This document shows positions 58,199 to 64,000 of a stretch of DNA of 64,000 nt, piece after piece (positions within the stretch are counted from its first letter, which is position 1; the number at the start of each line of letters is the position of its first letter). This DNA is from a virus. The notes under the pieces are model-generated. The model made no database searches and was not told the DNA's origin. It saw nothing but the letters and a program-made list of their open reading frames with translations. The stretch is taken from IMG/VR virus record IMGVR_UViG_3300031673_000012, positions 21,419 through 85,418 of that record, one strand, 5' to 3'. The position numbers and the translations under genes are program-made.

Positions 58199-58540
58199 AT
58201 GAAAAAATTATTGATCTCGTTATTAATCCTTATGGGTATAAGTTGTTCTAAATCAAAAGAGGAATCAAAAGAAAGACCTATAGAATATTCACCAAAATAT
58301 AATTATGGTGTTATTACTGTTGAACAGGGTTTAGCAGAAATACGAATCTATAATAATGAACCGTTTGCCATTAATTATCCCTGTTCTTATGTTTATGATT
58401 ATATCCTATTAAGAGCTGATAGTTTTGTTGTAGGAGAAATATATTCTGCAATACCATATCAGATTCCAGCAGAAGATAAATTTTTTAAAGTTAAGATTGA
58501 TGAAAATGATGTTTATTTAAAGTTCAAAAGGATTAACTAA
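58199..58540 (+). CDS. Lipoprotein
   Basis: MKKLLISLLILMGIS|C followed by SKSKEE. Confidence 0.7.
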   Translation: MKKLLISLLILMGISCSKSKEESKERPIEYSPKYNYGVITVEQGLAEIRIYNNEPFAINYPCSYVYDYILLRADSFVVGEIYSAIPYQIPAEDKFFKVKIDENDVYLKFKRIN

Positions 58541-58547
58541 TAGGATA

Positions 58548-58721
58548 ATGGAACCTACGAAATACGAGATAATAGTAAATGATCCAAAATCCGTTCGAAA
58601 GATACAAAGAGTAGTTATCATTCTCGATCGGATAGCTGGAATGCTTGATAAACATAAACATATTCAAATCGATATAACGGTTATTCCAATTAAAAAACGA
58701 TGGTATTATTTTTGGAGATAA
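58548..58721 (+). CDS. Hypothetical protein (57 aa, not in track)
   Basis: Manual translation MEPTKYEIIVND...KKRWYYFWR; fills the gap on the operon strand. Confidence 0.55.
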   Translation: MEPTKYEIIVNDPKSVRKIQRVVIILDRIAGMLDKHKHIQIDITVIPIKKRWYYFWR

Positions 58722-58729
58722 TAAAATCA

Positions 58730-59533
58730 ATGAAAAGGCTATTATTTGTTTTAACAATTATATTTTTACATGGGTGTATTAAGATATATCAAGACCCAGT
58801 AATTATCAAGGAAAAGGATACAATAGTAGTTGTTTTGCCATCCGATACAATTACCTTACTATCTGATACAATTGTGATTCATGATACAGTATTCCCTCCC
58901 CAAATTGTTTATGCAGTAAAAGATTTGGATGGTAATGGCTATACTGCTGATACAATAGGTGATCAGATATGGCTTGGTGAAAATTTAAGAACTACTACAT
59001 ATAATGATGGTACCTTAATTCCTTATGTAACTATTGGGGACTGGTTTTATGCTTGGGATGCGTATTGCTGGTATAGTCAAAACCCTAATTTAGGATATGG
59101 GGCATTATATAATTGGTATGTCGTTAATACTGGTAAGTTGTGTCCTATTGGGTGGCGTGTGCCAAGTGATGATGATTGGAAAACTCTTTTTGTTTATTTA
59201 GGAGGAACTGCAACTATGGTCAAAGGGGATACGAATTTTTATTATTTAGGGATTGGAGGAAAACTTAAAGAGACAGGAGAAGAACATTGGCAAAGTCCAA
59301 ATACTGGAGCAACTAATAAAAGTGGGTTTACAGCTTTACCAGGAGGGGGTATTTTTTTACTTTCTTTTAGCGAACTTAGTCAAACGGCAATCTGGTGGAC
59401 TTCTTCTCCGCCAACTGGTAGGTATTTTAGTTTAACATGGGTTTATGTAAACTTTAATTCAGATAATGTTTATATGGATAAACATGGGTATAGTTGGGAT
59501 AAGGGATTTTCGGTAAGGTGTATTAAAAACTAA
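58730..59533 (+). CDS. Lipoprotein with FISUMP (Fibrobacter succinogenes major paralogous) domain
   Basis: MKRLLFVLTIIFLHG|C; DLDGNGY..IGDQIWLGENL, YGALYNW, LCPIGWRVPS, SGFTALPGG, GFSVRCIK. Confidence 0.88.
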   Translation: MKRLLFVLTIIFLHGCIKIYQDPVIIKEKDTIVVVLPSDTITLLSDTIVIHDTVFPPQIVYAVKDLDGNGYTADTIGDQIWLGENLRTTTYNDGTLIPYVTIGDWFYAWDAYCWYSQNPNLGYGALYNWYVVNTGKLCPIGWRVPSDDDWKTLFVYLGGTATMVKGDTNFYYLGIGGKLKETGEEHWQSPNTGATNKSGFTALPGGGIFLLSFSELSQTAIWWTSSPPTGRYFSLTWVYVNFNSDNVYMDKHGYSWDKGFSVRCIKN

Positions 59534-59537
59534 AATT

Positions 59538-59726
59538 ATGGGACAAAGAAAGATTTTTGTAAGTAGAACAGGAGTTGAATTGGCAATAAGAATGCTGCCT
59601 AAAACTACCGAGATGTTTTTTGAGATAAAAGACGATGATACAATTACTTTTGTTTATTTTGATGAAAAAGATACTGCAGATTTGATTCGGGAATTGCAGA
59701 AGATTAAAAAACAGATTGCAAAATGA
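59538..59726 (+). CDS. Hypothetical protein
   Basis: ORF within the operon. Confidence 0.5.
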   Translation: MGQRKIFVSRTGVELAIRMLPKTTEMFFEIKDDDTITFVYFDEKDTADLIRELQKIKKQIAK

Positions 59727-59821
59727 AAAAGCTCTTTGAATTTATTGCGAGCCTTGTGTTGTTTGTGCTGGTCTATTGCTTGGCCGGGATTGTGAAAGTA
59801 ATATTCATAATCAAAAAGTGA
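59723..59821 (+). CDS. 32-aa single-TM peptide (not in track)
   Basis: MKKLFEFIASLVLFVLVYCLAGIVKVIFIIKK; ATGA overlap with the upstream stop. Confidence 0.45.
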   Translation: MKKLFEFIASLVLFVLVYCLAGIVKVIFIIKK

Positions 59822-59827
59822 TAAGCA

Positions 59828-60142
59828 ATGAAAGAGATTGATATTCCAGTAAAAGAAAGGAGAATACAATGTGAATATTGTGGGCATACTATGCCATTAA
59901 TGAATACTCCTTATGCTTCAAATCATTATAGATTTGGTTTTAAATGTTGTGTTTGTAAAAAAGAAGGCTGCGAAGAATGTACGACATGGTTTACATATAA
60001 CGAAGTTAAATATTTATATCATGGAAAGTGTGAAAAAAAATTACCTGAAAGAGTTTTAAAAGCAATAAAAGCATATAGGAAGAAAAAAGATAGGAAAGAT
60101 CTACAGCATTATTCAGATTATCCTTTAAATCATATTTGTTAA
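59828..60142 (+). CDS. Cys-rich zinc-finger protein
   Basis: CEYC...CCVC..GCEEC...HGKC. Confidence 0.65.
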   Translation: MKEIDIPVKERRIQCEYCGHTMPLMNTPYASNHYRFGFKCCVCKKEGCEECTTWFTYNEVKYLYHGKCEKKLPERVLKAIKAYRKKKDRKDLQHYSDYPLNHIC

Positions 60143-60170
60143 TAATTAAACCAATAACACAAATAAAGAC

Positions 60171-60356
60171 ATGACAGCAGAAGATAAAAATTGGTATAAA
60201 AAAAAGTTCTTTAAAGAATTTAAAGAAATGGATATTAAAAATAAGGATATAATTAAGCTTTGGGACGCTTTTGATATTATTGACAATGTTGCGTTTGATT
60301 ATAATACAGATGCTAAGAATATATTAGCTGTTTATTATATTATACACTTTCCATAA
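60171..60356 (+). CDS. Hypothetical protein
   Basis: 61-aa ORF. Confidence 0.45.
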   Translation: MTAEDKNWYKKKFFKEFKEMDIKNKDIIKLWDAFDIIDNVAFDYNTDAKNILAVYYIIHFP

Positions 60357-60461
60357 AATTAAAAATAAAACAATGACAACAAAAGATAAAAAACTGGCAG
60401 AAGAAATTTATTGCGAGTCGGGATTATGAAAGTAATATGTAAACTTAAAGAATAAATTGTT

Positions 60462-60929
60462 ATGGGAAGAGAATTAAGAAGAGTTCCCGCAAATTGGGAA
60501 CATCCAAAAAATGACAAAGGTTTTTATCAACCAATGTATGATGAGTTTTATGGTGATGCAATTAATGAATGGATTAAAAACCATAAAAAATGGTTAAATG
60601 GCACTCATCCAGATTTATTAGAAAATCCAAAATTAAAAGAAGAATATCCCTTCTATGCAATGTATGATGGTGGACCTCCTGATATTGAATATTACCAAAC
60701 AACAAAATACTCAGAAAAAGAATTGACACATATTCAGCTTTATGAAACAACAAGTGAAGGTACACCTAAAAGTCCCCTATTTAAAGTTGATGAATTTGAA
60801 AAATTATGTGAATGGGCTGCTAATCATTGTACAACATTTGCTTCTTTTACAGCCACTAAAGAAGAATGGATGGTTATGCTTAAAAATGATTTTGTACACC
60901 ATAAAGAAGGAAATGTTATTTTTATGTAG
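60462..60929 (+). CDS. Hypothetical phage protein
   Basis: MGRELRRVPANWEHPK...QLYETTSEGTP. Confidence 0.65.
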   Translation: MGRELRRVPANWEHPKNDKGFYQPMYDEFYGDAINEWIKNHKKWLNGTHPDLLENPKLKEEYPFYAMYDGGPPDIEYYQTTKYSEKELTHIQLYETTSEGTPKSPLFKVDEFEKLCEWAANHCTTFASFTATKEEWMVMLKNDFVHHKEGNVIFM

Positions 60930-60937
60930 GATAAAAA

Positions 60938-61120
60938 ATGAATGAGATGAAAAAAAGAATGATTTTAGTAATTATTACGATAGTAATATTACTTTCCAGT
61001 TGTGCTTATCAGCAGTATCGTGCTCAACAGTTCCATCCTAATAAGAGGGATAACCAGATCAGGAAATGTCAGGTTCATAAGAATTCTAATTCGATGCGAG
61101 ATTATTACAAACTCAGGTAA
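60938..61120 (+). CDS. Small lipoprotein
   Basis: MKKRMILVIITIVILLSS|C. Confidence 0.6.
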   Translation: MNEMKKRMILVIITIVILLSSCAYQQYRAQQFHPNKRDNQIRKCQVHKNSNSMRDYYKLR

Positions 61121-61404
61121 TGGAAGTGTTAACTAAAGAACAATTCGATCTTCTTCCTGCAGGAAAAGTTTTCGCTTCTGGTGTCCTACCCAATTCTCCA
61201 GAAGGATTATTTATGACAGATTCAGGAGGAGAACTCCGGTGGGTAGCCAAAAAGGGACATGGAGACGATTGGGCAATTTATTGCCATTGGTCTTCATACA
61301 CAGTGGAGTATATTACTAAGTATGGAGATAAAGTAGTAACTAGAAAAAATATCCTTAAATGTATTGATTGTGATCAAGAAGTTTTCAAAGCTTATAGATA
61401 CTGA
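61120..61404 (+). CDS. Hypothetical protein
   Basis: Coupled ORF; LRWVAKKG..DDWAIY. Confidence 0.6.
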   Translation: MEVLTKEQFDLLPAGKVFASGVLPNSPEGLFMTDSGGELRWVAKKGHGDDWAIYCHWSSYTVEYITKYGDKVVTRKNILKCIDCDQEVFKAYRY

Positions 61405-61688
61405 TGTCAAGATTTAGGAATCACATACTTTTTTTACCTTATCGTCAAAAGTCTATGATAGAAGTACGGATAGAGTTTTGGGAATGGTTAAGTTTAATTT
61501 TTGTACGTACGAGAGAAACCACAGAGGGTCGATCTCAAACGTACAAAATCTCAAAAGGTTCCAAAGATTATGGTTAACCCCCTTTGGGGGGTTGCATACT
61601 TATAAGCAAGGGAGTTAAGATGGTTAGCTCCCTTGCTAGTAGAATATTTAGTAGTAGTTCATAAATACTATTAATTAATAATTCTAGA

Positions 61689-62243
61689 TTGCTAGTTTTT
61701 AAACCAATGTTCTTCACAGAGCACCTAATATCAGTTATTATGGAAAATTATAATGAAAATGAAATGGTTGAGTTCGCCAAATTTGCAAAGAACTTCACTT
61801 CACCTAAGAATCCTAAAGAAGCCCTTAATAAATGGAAAATCGTAAGGTTATTCGTTAAGAGGGGTTATGTATGTAAAACCGGAGATCGGTTTGCTAGAGT
61901 AAAGCCTGATGGTAAAATTTATTCTGTTTATGAAATGGCTTGGTGTTATCGTAGTGCTGAGCGTATTGGAGTAAGTGGAAAATATTTTCCTAGTGCTTAT
62001 AATGTTAAAACTCATTATATGAGGACTCCTATGAAAGGGGCTACTCCTTATGAGACTCCTATTCATATCTGGACTATAGAGATGTTTCTTCAAGCATTAA
62101 GGTACATTCCAACAGATCAGCAAACTGAAGAAGGGGATTGGAGAGATAATTTGTATCGGGTAACTGGGTATTCAGATGATTTAGTTGAAATCCTATCCGA
62201 GTTTCCGATACCTATATCCTTATTTAAAGGGCAATCTGATTGA
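61689..62243 (+). CDS. Hypothetical protein (start uncertain)
   Basis: 184-aa ORF; a downstream ATG may be the true start. Confidence 0.55.
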   Translation: MLVFKPMFFTEHLISVIMENYNENEMVEFAKFAKNFTSPKNPKEALNKWKIVRLFVKRGYVCKTGDRFARVKPDGKIYSVYEMAWCYRSAERIGVSGKYFPSAYNVKTHYMRTPMKGATPYETPIHIWTIEMFLQALRYIPTDQQTEEGDWRDNLYRVTGYSDDLVEILSEFPIPISLFKGQSD

Positions 62244-62416
62244 GAATAAGGATTAGAATTAAACACGTATATAGGCCCAAATTTTTGTATTTTTAGGCAA
62301 TCTAGGATTTTGGGGGCCCCAAACAGGATTAGAGGGCTCTTTTTTTGTGAGGTAGAAGAGCTTTTAGTAGTTTTGGTTGCGAGCAGAAGAGCTTTTGGAG
62401 GTTATTTAGGGCCTTA

Positions 62417-62446
62417 TTAGGATTAGGATTAGGATTAGGATTAGGA
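62417..62446. repeat. (TTAGGA)5 tandem repeat
   Basis: Five perfect copies read directly. Confidence 0.95.
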
Positions 62447-62526
62447 TTTGATGATCTCTTAATTACGCGTAGGGTTGTGGTTTTGGAAATGGCATACGGT
62501 ATCAGTATAATTAAATTTGATTAAAT

Positions 62527-62557
62527 AAAAAATGGGATACAGATTGTATCCCATTTA
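62527..62557 (-). terminator. Intrinsic terminator, possibly bidirectional
   Basis: AAAATGGGATACA-GAT-TGTATCCCATTTT between convergent genes. Confidence 0.8.
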
Positions 62558-62577
62558 TAATTAAGGGGTTAAAAGAT

Positions 62578-63015
62578 TTATTCCTGGGTTAACCTTGCAA
62601 GGGCATTGTATCCCTTGTCCAAAATTCCCCGTTTCTCGGGTGATTCTTTAATCGAAACCCTGGTATAATTTTTGCTATCCCTGAGGTTAGCTTGATTAAA
62701 TACCGTAAGGGCCTGAGCATGAGCAGATATGGTCTTAGCATTCTGCTTAGTTAAGATACTGTGCAACAGGGATTTGCAGAGGGATAATTGCTCCCCTCTT
62801 AATTTTCTTCTTGCTTTCTTAGCATTGTCCCCCAACGCATTGGCATTCCAGATTTCCCTTGACTCCATCCCTTTGGCTATCAGGGAGTTAATGTTAAGGT
62901 TTTTAAGGTCATTTGCAATTTCCTCGATTGCAATTCCCTGACTATCAGGGAGTTTGGGTGATTTTTCTGTTGTTTTCATGATTGCATTTATTAAATGGTT
63001 AAAATTAAAATACAA
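62578..63015 (-). CDS. Hypothetical basic protein
   Basis: Isolated ORF with its own terminator; likely start MKTTEKSP. Confidence 0.6.
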   Translation of the reverse strand: MYFNFNHLINAIMKTTEKSPKLPDSQGIAIEEIANDLKNLNINSLIAKGMESREIWNANALGDNAKKARRKLRGEQLSLCKSLLHSILTKQNAKTISAHAQALTVFNQANLRDSKNYTRVSIKESPEKRGILDKGYNALARLTQE

Positions 63016-63092
63016 TATAAATTTAATAAATCCAAATCACTTTTGCAAGGAAACCGCATTATTTTTTCATTGTTTCGAATTAATCTAAATAA

Positions 63093-63330
63093 GGCCTTTA
63101 TGCGGCCAGACTGGCTTCAAAGGCTTAAAACGAGGCCAGACGGGCCTATTGGCTCGAAGCTTAGCTCGCAATGTGGCTCGAGGGCTTTATAGCTTGAAGT
63201 CCTTGAGGCCTTATCTTATCTTTTAATGATATCTTTACTTTCCGAGTTACCAGCCGAAAAGGCCCTATAGCTCTTTAGCTCGAGGACACAACGAGGCCCC
63301 GGAGCTGGATAGCTTCAGGGCCCTAAAGCT
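63093..63330. repeat. Periodic array of RGCY tetramers
   Basis: 22 RGCY sites counted by hand, mostly 8-9 nt apart. Confidence 0.7.
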
Positions 63331-63337
63331 TAATGGT

Positions 63338-64000
63338 TTAAGGTAATTCGTCTACGTCTACTATGTCTATTTTTCGTCTTTTAAAGGAGTCTCTATCAGG
63401 GCCTTGTGGCTTCTTAACTGATTGGTTATCAAGCTCTAAGGCGGATGAGCCTTCTTGGTCAGGAGGCGATAAAGCCTCGGTGCCAGATCTCCTTTCTCGG
63501 ATGTCGGAAAAGTCCCCTATTCCGTATTCCTCATACAGCTGATCCGCTGCTTGAGAGAATTCTGATTCTGATACAGGAGTTTGGTTAGCTGGTAGACTTT
63601 TGTGATCTTTGACTGGTAATTGTTTATTTTGTATTATTTCGAGTGCCTGATCAGGAGAAATAAATTGATTATCCTTAGAAGGAGAATTATTTATTAGTTG
63701 AAGCACGTTAGTTGTATTAGTATTAGATGTGAAGAAGGTTTTGTAAGAATCTATTAAATTCTTGTTGGAGTCGAGTAGGATTTTTAGGGCCTTAGTGACT
63801 TCGGCTGATATAAATGGTTTGTAAGCATCGCCTTGGGATTTAATGAGTTTGTCTACCTGGTTAGAAATTAAACCTCTATCTTGTATTGCCCAAGAAGTAG
63901 ATAAAGTAATAATAGATTCTAAAGTATTTTTTATGTTTTCGGGGCTGGCTAGGCTACCCATGTTGGTACCCAATATGGGTAGCCTAGCCAGCCCCGAAAA
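63338..64000 (-). CDS. Hypothetical protein; frame open to the window edge
   Basis: Track ORF 63338..63973; no in-frame stop up to the window end. Confidence 0.55.
   Translation of the reverse strand, partial: FSGLARLPILGTNMGSLASPENIKNTLESIITLSTSWAIQDRGLISNQVDKLIKSQGDAYKPFISAEVTKALKILLDSNKNLIDSYKTFFTSNTNTTNVLQLINNSPSKDNQFISPDQALEIIQNKQLPVKDHKSLPANQTPVSESEFSQAADQLYEEYGIGDFSDIRERRSGTEALSPPDQEGSSALELDNQSVKKPQGPDRDSFKRRKIDIVDVDELP
63936..64000. repeat. Inverted repeat with arms of at least 25 bp, cut by the window end
   Basis: TTTTCGGGGCTGGCTAGGCTACCCA (63936-63960) is the exact reverse complement of 63976-64000. Confidence 0.95.

Noticed and set aside
58730-59533. FISUMP C-terminus as a diversity-generating retroelement target
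   Set aside because: No reverse transcriptase and no second, template-like copy of the 3' end was seen in the window; it cannot be excluded elsewhere in the genome.
60373-60429. Tiny ORF MTTKDKKLAEEIYCESGL
   Set aside because: Only 18 codons; may be a deletion remnant but is too short to support.
61400-61530. Hammerhead ribozyme or tRNA
   Set aside because: CTGATG is followed by T rather than A and the stems do not fit a hammerhead; no cloverleaf or T-loop motif was seen.
3351-63192. Short antisense or nested ORFs in the track (e.g. 3351..3566, 22825..23061, 40147..40533, 58533..58757, 62995..63192)
   Set aside because: They are mostly shadows of longer genes with recognisable motifs, and none shows an independent coding signal.
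63338-63973. Terminase small subunit
   Set aside because: Plausible by proximity to the repeat arrays, but no motif supports it and the N-terminus is uncertain.
1-64000. Stop-codon reassignment as seen in some Bacteroidota phages
   Set aside because: Genes are full length and densely packed under the standard code, with TAA, TAG and TGA all used as stops.
1-64000. Prophage/integration module, introns or inteins in Pol, helicases or TerL
   Set aside because: No integrase, att-like context or host genes were seen, and these ORFs have normal lengths without splicing motifs.

Overview
The window is a 64-kb stretch of an AT-rich tailed-phage genome with a contractile tail (myovirus morphology). 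The host is most likely Bacteroidota, judged from a canonical TTTG-N20-TAnnTTTG promoter, Gln immediately after predicted signal peptides, Bacteroidota-type lipoproteins and a FISUMP domain. From left to right it holds: (1) a minus-strand replication and nucleotide-modification block: family A DNA polymerase (truncated by the window), two thymidylate-synthase-fold genes carrying the dCMP-type Asp, GroES, dCTPase/dUTPase, SF2 helicase, primase and DnaB; (2) a lone plus-strand sigma-like gene; (3) a long minus-strand morphogenesis region with baseplate, fibre, tape measure, frameshifted tail chaperone, tube, sheath, neck, accessory fibre genes, capsid, duplicated decoration genes, protease, portal and TerL; (4) an amidase endolysin and a divergent C5-methyltransferase; (5) small plus-strand early-type genes; (6) a repeat-rich right end. 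The most unusual part is 36.3-45.4 kb. Three consecutive fibre/adhesin-like genes carry Sec signal peptides. They are followed by a holin-like gene, a metacaspase whose His and Cys segments are in swapped order, and a protein fusing a 4-TM domain, an internal signal peptide and a beta-barrel-like domain. A fossil C-terminus of a homologue of that barrel sits directly downstream. Other notable items are a probable modified-cytosine pathway, a SPOUT-fold gene among virion genes, a candidate late-promoter motif and a periodic RGCY array near a possible genome terminus. All functional calls come from motifs recognised by eye; no searches were run.
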